Part shown: piece by piece, positions 1-13,754 of the stretch | Layout of the letters: each line of letters begins with the position of its first letter | Position numbering within the stretch: position 1 is the first letter of the stretch | From: Dudresnaya verticillata | Lineage: Eukaryota | Length of the DNA: 64,000 nucleotides | Assembly (NCBI GenBank): GCA_977862235.1 | Contig: OZ374557.1 | Span: 2,480,001-2,544,000 of the forward strand | Direction: 5' to 3' | Made by a program: the position numbers and the translations under genes | The notes under the pieces: generated by a model | What the model saw: the letters and a program-made list of their open reading frames with translations, nothing else | Databases searched by the model: none | Told to the model about the DNA's origin: nothing

Positions 1-680
1 GCGTCGGGGACGACTAGCTTGGCGATGCGCCGCGCGTTGGACGCGTTTCTTGAGACTCCTGGGTGTGGCTACTGCGCCCAGCGGCGGATCATTTTTGCGA
101 TTAGCGCGTCGTGCACGAAACGTAGCCCAACTCCGTCTTCGACGACTGTTTATTCTCTCGTGTTTGCGGGCGACCCCTTTTTCGACTTGAGACACGTCGT
201 TGACGTTCGCGAGCGTCACCCTCGAGGCGGTTGCGTGCGCCGCCCGTAAGGGTGACGAGTTTCAGACTTGGCCGTGGGTGGCGCGCCTGGCCGAGGACGT
301 TGGAGACGGTTTGTCGTGTCCATGCTTGGTTGCCTCCTCGTGGGCGCTCGTAGTGCTGGGGTACACACTTGTCAGGTTCCCGTTTGTTGGGCGCCGCCGC
401 CTCGCTGGTGCCCGCGTTATTATTTTCACATTAAAATTTTCCATTTCGTTCGTTGCCCGATTTCGTGTGGTGCGTGCGCCCTCCACGCATTCTGACTACT
501 GTCAGCCGTTCTGTCCTTACGGACCCCCTCCGAAGAGGGTTGCCTATTCTCGTGTCGCCAACCCAATCGTCCTTGATCCGGTTGATTACAGCCCCAGTCG
601 TCCGTAACGAGTGCACGTCCGCGTCAATCCGTATGAGGATGTGGTGTGTGTTTCGCTTCCAGCCCCCACCCTGGCTAGGG

Positions 681-3600
681 TTATCCGCGTTGCGCGTCGT
701 CGATGTTTGGCGGCAGACGCGTGTGCTTCTGACGGTGATACCGCACGACGTGCGATCGCGGTAGACTGGAAACAGGTTCCCAGGTATTCGCTGACGCGGG
801 GTATCCAAACCACTTGACGCGGTAGAGGATCTCGCCGTCTTCCGCGTGTGCGGGCGACTCAACCCGTTCGATAATGTACTCCTTCTCGCTTGCAGCGGTT
901 GGCGTGGGCTCCTGCCGTTCTAACGCCTTGGGCGGCTCACTTCGTTGCGTGATGGGCGTCTGCACCGGTTCGGCAAATCGTACTCGACGAGTCGATCGCC
1001 TGAGGCGCTGGGTCGGTGCCCCGAGCGCCTGCGTAGCGGTTTGTGGTTCGTCGCTTTTGCGTACTGGTTACTTGCTTCTAGCGGCGTCTTTCGCGTTAGC
1101 GAGGTCTTCCTCATCGTCAGTCGATGCGCTCGAAGCGGGACCTACCTTGGTAGCCGGCGAAGCCGAGGTTGCGTGTCCCATTCGCGTACGGATGCCGGGA
1201 CCCTCCTCCTCGTCGGAGACGGATTGCGATACACCGTCGTCGGGGTTAGCGGCAAAGGGCGAGAGCTCTGCTAACCCGCGACTTCGCGGCGTTGCATTCA
1301 TTTGCTCCTGCGAGTCTTCCGTGCTTCGCGGTGTCCCTGTGCCTCCTGCCGGGTCCGCCCGTGGCGTTTCTGGGGTTCCTGCTCCTTCGTCGGTTGACGT
1401 GGGGGCCGCGGGCCCCGGTACGTGAGGTGGTCCCGGCGGTTGCACGGTTGCGGGGGTGGTGTGCCCTGGTGGGGTTGGCGCCCATACCACGCGGTCCCTG
1501 GATACACGTTCGCGTTCTCCACGTCCCTTGTCGATGGTGACTGTCCCGTCTTCGACGTGAGTTACTCGATACGGTCCATCCGCCACCGGTGCGAGCTTGT
1601 GCTTGCGCTCTGAGCGATCGGTGCTCCCGCCGCGGGCGAAGTATTCCTTCCGCACGAATGCGAAGTCGCCCACAGCGATGTTCTCCTTCGATTTCCTCAG
1701 ACGAGTATCGAAGTTCCGTTTGTAACGCGCCTGCGTTTTCGCGAGCGACGCGTTAGCGGTCCCCATCAATGCGGACAGCCAGGATCGCCATTTGGTGTAG
1801 TACTGTCCGGCAGTGGGCACGCTTTCAAGCGACGGCTCCGCTTCCAGCGACAACGGCCGCGGGGGCTTAGATAACACCAGTTCGAATGGAGCGAGGTGGG
1901 TAGACGAGTGCAGTTGCGTATTGTACGCGAACGTCAAGGCATCGGTGAACAGATTCCAGTCCCTGGGGTGTTCTGCTACGTAGTGACGCAGGGAGGCGAG
2001 GACGGTTCGATTGAATCGTTCCCCTTGGCCGTTACACTGCGGATGGTATGTAGTGGTGAAGAGATTCTCCACCCCTAAGATGCGGCAGACGTCCTGGAAC
2101 AACTTGGCTGCAAATTGAGGCCCGTTGTCGGACAGAAGCTTCTTCGGTGGGCCATACACAAACACTCAGTGTCGAACAAACGCCTTAGCGATTTCCAATG
2201 CCGTAATCTTACGTAAGGGAACCGTCCGGACCAGCTTTGAGAAGCGGTCCACGATGACGAGTAGGAACTTATTCCCCCGCTTATTGCGTATGAGCTCCCC
2301 GAGTATATCGATGGACACAAACTCGAGAGGCTCGGTTGCTGGGAACAGTTTCATCTCCTTCACGTTCTTTCGCATCAATACCCGGTTCTTTGCGCAGGTA
2401 ACGCAATTGCGGACGGTCGCGTAACAGTCCACCGACATAGACGGCCAATAATACTCGCGCCGAAGCGTATGGTACAGCTTCCGCCCTCCGGGATGTCCTG
2501 CTGATTTGGCATGATGCCGGAGATGGAGCAATCGAACGCGTAACGCGGCTGGTACAACGACTTGGGGTCGGGCCTCGACGGTCCGAACCAATAGTCCCTG
2601 TTCATCCGTTGCAAACGGTAGGTTGTCTCCGTCGTCTAGACGTTTCCGGATCTCGGAACAGTAATGGTCATTGCCTTGAGCATGCACCAACTCTTCATGC
2701 GTCAATTGACGGAGGAGCACTTCATCCGCCAGTGGCGCGTTGGTAACCAACATCTGGTCAAACTCCTCGAAGTCTTGTTCGGAGAAATCGACTTCGCTCT
2801 TGGCGTTTGACGTATCGCTTTCTGCGTGAGCGTAGCCGTCCTCTGACGAGTGATCCTCGTATTTGACGCAACTTCCGTGGTAACACGGGATATCATTGTC
2901 GATTGGTTCGACAGTTTCGCCGTTCGTCTGTAGACGTGAGAAGGAATCTGCCTGAGTATTCAGGTACCCCTTTTAATACTTAACGACGAAGTCGAACTCA
3001 GAGAGGCGAAGGCGCCATCTCATTAACCGTCCCGATGGGTCGCTGATTTCCATGAGCCACCTCAACGACGAATGGTCCGTATGGACTACGAAGGACTCCA
3101 TCTGAAGGTACGGTCTCAACGTCGTGATCGACCAAACTACTGCTAGGCATTCCTTTTCGGATACCGAGTAGTTGCGCTCCGGAGCGGTTAACGAGCGTGA
3201 CCAGAAGCCAAGCGGCTTCCGTTCGCCGTCAGGTTGCGTTTGAAAGAGTGCGCAGCCAACTTGGTATTCGCTCGCGTCACAATGGACGGAGTACGGTAGT
3301 CCCTGCTGTGGCAACGCCAGGATGGGCGGGTGAGTCACCGCTTCGACAAGCGTACTGAATGCCCGAGCTTGCTCCTCTGTGAACGGTTGTAACCGGAAGT
3401 CTTGCTCTTTCCTTAACAATTTGTTGAGGGGAGCGGCGACATGCGCGTATCGCGATACAAACCGTCTATAGACGTTGCATAATCCGAGAAAGCCCCGTAA
3501 TTCCTTCTGGTCCCGCGGATGCTTGGCTTCGCGTAACGCGGCTGTGACCGTACGGTCTACTTCCAATCGTCCCGGACGTATCACATGGCCGAGATAGTTG

Positions 3601-5416
3601 ACGGTCGGGGTGAAGAAGTCGCACTTGGTTAACTTCAATGTCACCCCGGCCCGATGCAAGGTCGAAAGGATCTCGTCAACATGACGGAAGTGACTGTCGA
3701 TATCGTTCGAGAAGATGATCACATCGTCAAGGTAGACGAGGCATGAGCGCCACTTGTAACCAGCAAGCAGGATATCGAGGGTCCGTTGAAACGTGGCCGG
3801 TGCGTTAGTAAGTCCGAAGGGCATACGCTTGTAGCGGAACAATCCGGCATGGCACGTGAACGCCGTCTTGTCGCGATCTCGCGGGTTGATGGGCACCTGC
3901 CAGTAACCACTGTTGCAGTCTAGGGTGGTGAAGACGTTCGATTCCCCTAGACTGTCAATACATTCGTCGATTCGCGGGAGAGGGTACGTATCTCGTACCG
4001 TTACTGCGTTCAAGCGACGGTAGTCAACGCAGAAGCGGAGTGTACCGTCCTTCTTGGGAGCAAAGACGACCGGCGACGCCCATGGCGATTGTGCGGGTTC
4101 GATAACCCCCTGACGCAACATGCGATCCACCTCCGCTTGAGTGAGTTGCCTTTGCTTTGGGCCAGCGTGGTACGGCGGAGATGAAATCGGCCTGGAGCCG
4201 GGGAGCAAGTCAATATAGTGCTCCGTGGTTGCGATTTCTCCTAATGAACCGTCCCACATCGACGAGTACCTGCGCATCTCCTTCAGCCGTCCTTGATGTT
4301 CAGCTGAGAGATGACTCAGGTCCAACTCGTCCACTGACGGAGGTTTCGCTACAGTTTCTTCGATCGACTTAGCGAATGTATCCGGCTGTGCCGTTACTCC
4401 ATCATTCGTTTGAAAACGGAAATCTTGATTCGCCTCTTCGTCCGCTGCCTGCTCCTCGGTGATACCTAGGACATTGGCCAGACTTATGTGGCCGGGGAAC
4501 ACTGCTGTGGGACGTGGAAACGCGGTAGCGACGACTTGTCCTTTGACGAGCGCTTGCGGACGCGGGGAGAAGTTTGCCACGAGGATCCGGAACACTTTCA
4601 GCGGCTCTACTTGAGCGACCCCGTTAGTAACGGCCAAAGCTTGCCGATCATATAACGTTCCAAACGGTTGGATGGTAATGGCCCCTGCTCGCTCGGTCGT
4701 TACCGAGATCCACTTCTGCGCCTGTGGCGGGGCGATTGTTCGTTCCGCGACGCGTATCTTGGGCGACGTTCGCCCTTCGGCCGTGCCGTACTCTTGTTCC
4801 GTTGGCAACGGGGGGTACGAAGGGGGCCGGAGCAGCGGGCGGCGCGTTATAGGGACACGGGTCCCGTAGTCCAACTCAATCTCGCGACTCCGCGGATAAA
4901 TCGCTTCGACAAAGCGGTCGCAAAAGTCGCAACCGAGTATAACCGGCGCAGCGAGCCGTTCGCAGACGATCAACTCCAACTTGACAACCCTTCGTCCGAG
5001 ACGTACGACTAAGTCGATAGTGCCCCTGGTCTGAATCGCCTTGTTGTTAGCGTCTGAGATGACGGGGAGACTCTTGGATACGATCCGTGATCGCGTTTCT
5101 AACGGAATATCGTCAATACGAATGAAGTTCGGAACAGCCCCGTGTCGAGGACGGTGCGTTTACGTGCCAAGGTACCTACAGCTACGCCTAGATCGGCGTA
5201 TACTTTGTAGTTCCTTTTGGCCATTACGAACAACTGTCCCCGGGCTTGTGGGGGCTGGTACCTACGCCAGGGGTGCTTCAAGGACGTCTGTGACGAGTCT
5301 ACCCGCCTATCGGCGTATTTGTTAACTAAGTTCGGGTCCTCCTTCCGTGTCAGCACCCGAGGCGGGAGTCTCTCTGCTTGGTGCGACACCCCAGTGTCAG
5401 GAGTTGGTACCCTCAT
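681..5416 (-). pseudogene. pol (PR-RT-RNaseH-IN-chromodomain) of copy A, disrupted
   Basis: Motifs VLDTG, LRFCVDYRRLN, MPFGLTNAPATFQR, YLDDVIIFS, DAS..VG, GHPG/CVTC zinc finger, SDNGPQF, GPY and chromodomain YRVKWFGY..NTWEP. Broken near 5140, 2973, 2166 and 1068. Confidence 0.93.
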
Positions 5417-7963
5417 TGGTTTTTCGCCTGTGGCGGTTGTAGCAGCGCTGTGTAGCGATTGACCACCGTCGGATGATGTTCCGCTGCATCTGGCATAGGT
5501 CCGCCCCTTGGCGACGGCGGTCGTGCTGCACGGCGTGCTGCTTCGTGCGCGGCGCGTTCTTTGTTCCGAGTGTACGCATCAGCGGGAACCCCCGCCTTCT
5601 CGGCGTCTGTTAAGCCTTCGTCGTTGGCGATCGCTTTCATATACTCGCTCATGCGGAGGAAGCAGTCCGGTGCGATGTGACCACGGGCATAACACTGATG
5701 ACAGATCAACTGTCTGCGAGCGTCTTGACGGAACGGACCCCTGTCTTGCCAACCAGGCCTCGCCCGATGGACGTGTGGGGCATACTCCGAGTATGGGACG
5801 CGTGGCGCGGGCACAACGGAACGCCCAAAGGCGAGTGTAGGATCTATTGCCCCTGTGTCCTCGTCTTCGACGTAGCTGTCCGTTGGTAACGCTGACGTTG
5901 GCACTGACGCTTGTTCATCGGCCAGGTAGAGATCGCCATCGGCGTGTGTTTCCATATCGTCCGCATGACGGGTGACGTCACGGAACTCAACGGAAGACTC
6001 CGCTATCATAGCGCGTGCGGCAGGCTTCGTGCCCCTCGTCTGTTGACGTAGGACCATTCGGTTGTCGCCAATGGCGGGGCGCAATGCGCGATCGGCTTGG
6101 GCCGGGGCCAATATATCCCGTCTTACTGACGTTGAGCCGGCCCTGCCGTGTCTGGCGCGTCGCCTTCGTCTTGCGCGAAGTGGACTAAATGTTCAAAAGA
6201 TAACTCCGCCCTCGGCGTTTCTTCGCGGAAGCGGGCCACTAAGGACCTGATCGTCGGGTCTAACCCATCGATGTACAGTGTCATCTTTTCCCATTCGGGA
6301 TAAACGTTACCGCAACGAATACATGCGCCGGCGAGTCTCATGCCGTAAGTCGTTTCGTCTTCGCCCTGCTTCTGACTAGTCGACCGCAGGGCGAGGACAG
6401 CGTCTCGAATCGCCGAAGGCGTGGCGTACGTGTGGAGGAGGTAGTGCACCGCCTCCGGGTACGATGATACGCCGCCGCGGTGGCGAGAGGACGTCGATTT
6501 GACGGAGCGGAATTGTGTAGCGGCCGTGCCTCTTAAGAAGTACGGCAGCGCGACGAACGCTTGTGCTTCGCTCATCTCTAGCATGTCCGCTTCATCCGCG
6601 AACCGCGTTAAAAATTCGAGAACCGCGACGGGGTCGCTGCCGTTGAAGGCGGCGTCCTTCATCGTTAACTGGAGTCGCTTGATATGGTCTTTGACCTTCC
6701 CGGTTTCGCGTCCAGAGCGCTTCTGTCCTACGTCTTGGAGACGGTATGTGCGGTACGATAGCAGCTGGTCGAAGAGAGGATTGGAGGGGCTTAGCTCCTT
6801 CAGTCCCTCGTATCGCTTTCCGCGGGGTCGTATTGCACTGCCGTGAGTCACGTGGTCGTCGTCGCCTGACGAAGAGTCGGTTGAGCCATCGTCACTAGAC
6901 GTGTCCGAAGAGGATGAGGATGAGTCCCCTCGTCGGTGACGGTTCTTCTTCCGTCCATGACGCGCCTTGCGACGATTCTGCCCCGTTTCTTACGATCTTT
7001 GCGTCGGCGACGGTCTTCCTCGGAACTATCGTCCTCAGACGGCGGCCCTTGGCGCCATTTGGCGGTTTCCAGTCGCTCCAAGCGGGTTGCTAATCGCTGA
7101 AAGCGTTCACGTGAACTCAGTTCCGACTGACAGTGGACCGTCAATGCCGCTGGCTGCGGGGCATCTACCCCGTGGTTGGGGTTCGTCATCAGACGGTCAA
7201 GGTCGGAACGGAGTCCTTGAAGGGCACCGTCCCGATCTTCTTCCAACGTCTGCAGGCGGCTGAAAATACCTCCGACATTGTCGTCGAGCATCCCCGCGAA
7301 TCGAGCGAGTAAGTTATCGTCTTCGGCGACGCATACTTCCCGAATCCGCTCACGAGGTATCGTGAGATTACCAACGCGGGCGGATGCTGGGGACGCCATT
7401 GGCGGTGTGTGCGCGGGGGTCGACACCTGCCGCGGACCTCCCGTGCTGCGCGGTTGCGCTAACGGCCTGGCCGGTGAACATCCGGCACTGCCGTGGGGTG
7501 AGGGGCAGCAGCCCCTCGGGATTGGTGATTCGTCTACGACGTCGCGCCCCGCAGGGCGTTCTTGGTCGTCGTTGACGGGTAAGGTTGGTTGGTGGACCGG
7601 AACTTCCGGTTGTTCCTCGACGATGTCGGCTTGGGCTCCGTCCTCGACGGGTCGCTGTTCGGCTTGTACCGTGTCAGCGGAATCCACGTGCGAGTGGTAG
7701 GTTCGGAGGGCCGATTCGTTGGGAACGGTGGTGCGGATAACGACAGGTACCGGCGGGGGAGGTACTTCTCCCCTGTTGAGCGATATATGGGAGTGATCGT
7801 GGCCGGGACCGGTCGGGAAGGCCGATGCGATCTCGGGGCTCACGAGGCGCCCAGACCTCGTTGTCATCCGCTGTAGCGACCGCTCCGACGCGGGAACACT
7901 TCCCGGTGTCGATGACGGTCTTCTTGAACTGGGGCCTCGCGACGGCGGCGGTCGTGAGGCCAT
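5413..7963 (-). pseudogene. gag of copy A, frameshifted
   Basis: ORFs 6848-7963, 6123-6851 and 5413-6111 together match copy B gag. Zinc knuckle CHQCYARGHIAPDC. Confidence 0.88.
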
Positions 7964-8072
7964 AATGCAGTCGTAGAGTTGCTTGAACGTCGTGGACGAT
8001 TAGCGACGAACGTCTAGAGACGGAAGGTCGGACGTCGCACGACTGAGTAACTCGTTGAAACGCAGCATACTT

Positions 8073-8088
8073 CTAGGTCGGGAGACCA
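8073..8088 (-). promoter_or_regulatory. Primer-binding site of copy A (TGGTCTCCCGACCTAG)
   Basis: Starts with TGG 2 nt inside the 5' LTR end; identical to 18419-18434. Confidence 0.8.
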
Positions 8089-8090
8089 GT

Positions 8091-9004
8091 TTTAGTGCAA
8101 ACGTCTGTGACGGAACACCGCCAAGCAGTTCGGGGCTCGGTAGGTAGCGACGCCCGCGGCGATGAGTAACCTCGCCTTGGGCGACTGCTGGTAGAGCGGT
8201 TGACTCGCCTTGGGCGGACTGTAAACGCCCGAGGCGGAAAAAAGAACAAAAGAGAACAGAAAGGGAACACGTCAAGGACGGGTAGAGACGTGGAAGCACG
8301 GGAGGTAGACGCTTAGCCGTAGGCAGCGGTAGGGTACGCGCGTACTGAACGGGGAAGTCTGGACCAAGGCCGGCTTGCCGGGCTTTACTGCGACGTCTGA
8401 GACGGATCAACTAAGTATAGAATTACCTAGCGCGGCGACGCGTGCAGGCGCCGCGCGGGGACTCGGGACACGTGTTGTCCCGAGGCGCGTCTGACAGATC
8501 CGCCCGTCATGCAGCCGCGCTCCTGACAGATCACGCGTAGCTTCCCCGCTCGAGTCCTTACACATACACGTGGATTACTTCCTTACAGCCGCATGCGCCT
8601 CATGGCGCGTGCGATCTCGATTCGCGCCAATCCCGATCCAGTCTGGATTCGGGCCAGCCATGCGATGCGGGTGCGCCAAGCTTACAGGCGCGGGCCTTAC
8701 ACTTCCTAATCCCGATGTCGGATCCCGATGTGGGATCCCGCTTGGATCCGGATTCGGGCCACGCTTACAGCGAACGTTCCTGCCACTGCACCACGCGCGT
8801 ACGCGTGGCGCCGTACAGTGCCCAGGGTTCAGGTGTGCGGTCTGCACGCCAAACGAGCCGTTCTGGCCCGAGTGGCCAGCGGTATGCGTCGGTGACGTGT
8901 TTGCGCCGCGGGCGGGTTGAGCGCGCCGTTGGCGGTCGTCCGTCGGTAGACGCTGCATATAAACCTGCTTGAGAGCGAAAATGGGGGACCCCCCTGGCAC
9001 TACA
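8091..9004 (-). repeat. 5' LTR of copy A (914 bp)
   Basis: Reverse complement of the LTRs at 17495-18416 and 29821-30734; begins TGTAGTGCCAGG on the minus strand. Confidence 0.93.
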
Positions 9005-9690
9005 ATACGTCTGGAAAACACAACCGTTGGACGTGGTAATGTTTTCGTCATTTAAGAGGGTGCTTAGCCAGGTTACTGCGGAGTGTGTATTGGCAAGCCG
9101 AGACCTTGACATTTCTGACATGTGCAGTCTGCTTCGAGAAGCTTACTGTATATCCTTTACGGGCAGTAATATCAAAGCCAGCTTTCGTAGGGCGGGTATC
9201 TGGCCGTTGGACGCTTTAAGGCTACTGGGAGTGGAGCGGCCGCAAGATAACGGACACAATGCTCCCATTTTATGCGTGGAGGCTTTGGAGTCGGCATTCA
9301 TGCGTAGGTGCGAGTAACTACGAGCCAAGATATTGGGGGAGGATGCTGTTATTACAACAAGCGGGTATGTGGACACGAAAAATGGGTGCGTAATGATCGC
9401 TCCCCATGTTATGAAGCTGGTTCGCGAAAAAACGCGGATCGACGCAAAAGGTCAGCGGAGGAGAGCAGGTGCAATGCGCAAATAATTGCCGCGGAGCGCC
9501 GGCAGGCGGCCCATGTTGAGTCTGCAGACGCGTAAGGGGGGAACGGATTGCTCGCATGGCTCAACTTTCTGGTACGTCTGCTCAAGACTTCGCTGCCCAA
9601 CTGAGGAGCTTTGCGGAGCGCCGCGCTGCAGCTCGAGGGCGTGCTCAGAAGGTTGGGGACTTTTGAAATGGTACTCGCCCCGGTTTTGCT
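9005..9690 (+). pseudogene. pogo/Fot1-like (DDE_1, CENP-B related) transposase C-terminal remnant, interrupted by copy A
   Basis: Reads TSGKTQPLDVVMFSSFK...NIKASFRRAGIWPLD immediately after the LTR. These match the QPLDV and FRxxGIWP motifs of pogo/Fot1 transposases. Right boundary approximate. Confidence 0.75.
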
Positions 9691-10324
9691 GACGTGGTGG
9701 CCAGAAATGTCTGGAATTTTTGATGCGTTTTATGGGCCACGGGGCGCCAATGTTCGATCTTTGTCGCACTTGGCGTTGGGAATGCGCCGGGCGATTGTCG
9801 TGTAGTTAAACATCCCCAGAAAAGGCGCTTTATATATTCACGCGCTTATTCTCACGGCGCTGAATAAAGAGACATCTGCGACTCATATGCAAAAGAGACC
9901 ACCCGAATTGGGGTTCTAGAACGGGAGATACAGTACCAGTCTGGAAACCTCTATTTGTTCCAGAATTACCCGACCCCCCCTTTAGTTCTATTCCTCTCAT
10001 CAACGTTTCCACTTACAGTTCAGCGCCCACACTATTACGGCAGGGTGAATTCCGAATGGTTTCTCATCTGCTACAAATAATAAACGAATGCTTACGCTAA
10101 TACACCCACGGTTGTCGCCCAAGCCCAAGCCCGGATCGGCCCGGGGGCTTGCACAGTAGTATTGGCCCTCGGATCCCATCGTGTAGCTGATACAAGGCGA
10201 GGGAGTTTTTTAAGACCCTTGGGCAAGGGCGACAACCCAGGCGAACTTCGCCCAACTCGAAATTTCTTAATGCTTCTTTCGCGGCCCTAAGGGGCGTTCT
10301 GAACAGCAATAGTTTTTCAGAGTC

Positions 10325-12451
10325 ATGCTTCGAATTACCGTTTTCCTCCTGCTCCATGCTTCGCTTTCACTTTCGTTTTCGACAAGCTGGCATCATGCCG
10401 CTCTAGGTCGTGTACTGTGGGCGACCATTGCACCGCATTCAACGGATGCGCTGGTGACGACACAAGCGGGTGTCGTAGCTCGTCTTTCGCTTGTGTCTGG
10501 TTCCTTGGTTTGGCTCTGTCCAATGCAGATGCGGATTCTTCGCGTGGCAAGATCCGCATCTTTCCCGGCACTTGCAGTATTGCTTGAGAGTGGCCACGTC
10601 CAGGCAATATCGGTGGCAGATGGAAGTGTGTTGTGGACGCGCCGAGGATGTGATATTTCCTCAGATGATTTCCAATTCGTGGTGTGACCATGCACCCACG
10701 ATGAGTCTAACGTCCTTGTGCATGCATGGACGGGGCTAGCTGTAACTTGCAATGACGTAAACAGGACTAGGGAGAGTGTAGGGGGTTTTCAGGCAGAGTT
10801 GGAAGCCGCCAACGGCGTACTCACCTGGCGGCTTGCCGGGACAGTGTTGAGATCCGCCCCGGACGGTCGCTTGTGGGTAGATGGTGCTGACGGCGATGTG
10901 TGGGCACGGGAGGAAGGGCTGGCGCACCTGTTTGACAGTGCGTTTTACGAGGTCTCAGGTGAGTCGCTTTTAGTTGGATTGTCCGCGTTTGGGTCACTGT
11001 ACGGGTTCAACACTCAGAGAGGAGGGGGACCCCTGTGGAAGAATCATGTTGGAGAGAGACTCTGCGCTCTCGCCGCTGGCCACCCGGAGCTTGCTGTTGT
11101 CGTGTGCCGGTATGGGGAGACCGGTAGCTTTGTGAAGGCAGTAAGCGTCGCGACAGGCACAGGCATATTTGAGAAGGTCTTGTCAAAATTCCAGGCTGAG
11201 CAAGCTACCATTGATCACAGGCAGAAGTGCGCGAGTGTTTGTTTTTACGTCGTGCTAGTCGATCGAGAGGGTTTCGAAAGGGGCATCGCGTTGCCGGGAT
11301 GTGATGCCGTCCCGGATGGACAGCTCGACCGCGGCTGGCTGTCATACGGGGCTAGCGGCCACAAGGTGCACGGCTTGCTCACATGGAGAGAGACGTGGAG
11401 CCTATTATTACCAGAACAGCTTGTCGTTTCCACAGTCGCCACGGATGCACGTCGATATACAACAGAGAGGCATTTGTATGATCCTCCGGTGCGTGTGACA
11501 ACGGGACGTGAACTTTGGCTGAAGTACGATGACGTAGATGTTCGGTTGGTGCTTTCAGAAGACAAAGAGAATATGCTGGTGCACGCAATCCTGTTGGATG
11601 TCCGAACAGGCTCAGTGCTGGACATTGCTACGCACTACAATGCTGTAGGTCCTGTCGCTGCTGTGAAGAGCAGTAATTGGTTTGTCTACAGCTTCTGGAG
11701 CACTCTTCTGCTGCACCAGGAAATCAATGTCATCGACCTGTACGAACCCCAGCAAAATAGGCCCGCAATACGCGATATGGTCCTTGGCATGGTTTGTTCA
11801 GCCGTCGGGTCTTTATCTGTGAACACTTTTTATATGGGTACAGGCGTTTGTGGTGGGTTGCCTTTGTGCGTGTTGCCGACGTCTCGTTGGAATGGTATCG
11901 ACTTGAGGAGGCTTCCAACTGGATCGGAAACTGCAGAAACACCCCGCTGGAGGCGACACATAATGAAGTCCAGCTCACTTATTGGCACTCGCGTCTATGG
12001 TCTGGATGTAACCCTGACAAAACGTGGGTTCACAGAGCAATCCATCCTCCTACGGTTGGACACTGGGCAGATTGCTCTTGTTTCCAAACTGTTTGTAGAC
12101 GCTGGAAGCCCCACCCATCGCAATACTGTGGACAAAGTGGAACGGGCATTTTCGTATACGCCACTGCTAGGACTTTCGTCCCCTTCGACAAGATATATGT
12201 CCGGAGGCAGGCGCGTTGCAGATCTGAGACAGGTAGCGGTCGCAGCATTGTATGGCCGTGAAAGTCAGAGTCAAGTTGCGGCTGTCGGGATTGATATTGT
12301 GTACTCTGTGGAGAACTCTGTTGGCGCCTTAGACATACTACCCTCTGAGTTTGTTTACTCTGCTGTGGTTGGCATGCTCGTTGCGTTAGGAGGCGCTTTC
12401 TTTAACGCTCACCGAGAGACGGCAAGAATGAGCTTGTCACGGTCCTGGTAA
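10325..12451 (+). CDS. EMC1: ER membrane protein complex subunit 1-like protein, one in-frame TGA at 10685-10687
   Basis: Signal-peptide-like N-terminus and PQQ-type propeller repeats (DGSVLW, WAREEGLA). EMC1 C-terminal motifs DVRTGS, NWFVYSFW, TKRGFT, RES, D.LPSEF, then a TM helix ending LSRSW. ORFs 10325-10687 and 10718-12451 are in the same frame. Confidence 0.82.
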
Positions 12452-12604
12452 ACGAAAACAAGGCCACCTTTCTTATCATGAGACTAGCGAGCAAGCGCTC
12501 TCCGGCAAGCCGCTTTGAAGTTTTACACTAACTGTTCTGTACAGTACAGTATATGCTGTTTTACAAACTCGAAGAGAGGCACTATAGTGCCTATGTGCCT
12601 AGTG

Positions 12605-12694
12605 CAATACAGCAGTGAGAGAAGCGGCGACGCGGGGCAAAAGAGCCATTTACAATACAGCAGTGTGAGAAGCGGCGACGCGGGGCAAAAGAGC
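12605..12694. repeat. Tandem duplication, 48-bp period, 2 copies
   Basis: CAATACAGCAGTG(A/T)GAGAAGCGGCGACGCGGGGCAAAAGAGC at 12605 and 12653. Confidence 0.9.
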
Positions 12695-13712
12695 AGATAT
12701 CTGCATGTTAACGAGGTAGGCATCGAGCGAAGGAACTTGTCCAAATTGTTCACGAATCCTTAAAACAACTCTTGGGCACCACGTCCCGGCACCAGTCCCT
12801 CGCCTCACAGATGGGGCAGTGGCAACCACCTGGCTCTTCGCTGGCGCCGTTTTCTTTTCTACTCTTAGCAAGAGTCTGCACATACCAAGAACGGTCTCCG
12901 AGTAGCATAGGCAACCAGTTCGATCGAGACCTCCAGCATATCGGCGTACACATTCTTGCAACCCGAAGATTCAAGCGTGATCCCATGACTGTGCTCAGTT
13001 GTGCCGCTATTTGGCTCGTGCTGTAGGACACGCACTCATGACTACTCAGAAGTGATGCAAACCCGCTTCGTTCGCCCCAAAAAGTGCTATCTATACTGCT
13101 CGGCAGCCTTCTCCTGCGTTCGGCTTGGCCTACGATTTGGCTCAACAGCCGCTCTGGGATCGTAGCAGCACTGCCCTTATGATGTTCACTGACTGTCTCT
13201 TACAAAGAGACTTTGTGAAACCGCAGGCATTGGAGCTATCAAAGATGAAGCCATAGAGTCTCGAGGCTCGTTCAGGCACCAATCCGAAGTAAGACGGGGA
13301 AAGCAGATGAACCCGTAGGAGATGGGCTCTAATACCCTTGGACTAGATACGCATTAGCATGAATTGGTGAGGTGCTGATTCTAGTGAAACTCTTAGAGGG
13401 GTGAGAACAAGTGGTCCCTGTGGGAATGTTTGGCAGCATTAAGCCAGCCAGAGACCGCAGAAGCTACCATGTGTAGTGCCTATAGGCGCAGTGGGAGGCA
13501 GCCCAGATGCGCACCAATTGTGTTAGCAGTCATCTTCATGCCTTCGCTAAAACCATTTTCGGCTGAGTACCACAAATAAAGTGCTGCACTCAATAGAAAA
13601 GCCTGGGGAGTCATTGGAATTACGCATACCATACGATAACTTCGCACTGCCAAACAACAGGGGTTGGAAATTTTGGAGAGCCTAGTAACGCATCCACTGC
13701 TACCCATGAGAC

Positions 13713-13714
<2 letters not shown>

Positions 13715-13751
<37 letters not shown>
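13715..13751. repeat. Poly-G tract (37 nt)
   Basis: Direct read. Confidence 0.95.

Positions 13752-13754
<3 letters not shown>

Larger units (their letters stand above)
1..9004 (-). mobile_element. Ty3/Gypsy chromodomain LTR retrotransposon, copy A (3' part runs off the window start)
   Basis: On the minus strand: LTR, PBS, gag with CCHC knuckle, PR, RT (YLDDV), RNase H, integrase, chromodomain. Reverse-complement homologue of 17495-26530. Confidence 0.95.

Noticed and set aside
9940..9990. Terminal repeat of the pogo-like element (AATTACCCGACCCCCCC)
   Set aside because: The partner end lies outside the window, so it cannot be verified.
13715..13751. Functional G-quadruplex element
   Set aside because: Plain homopolymer of unreliable length with no supporting context.
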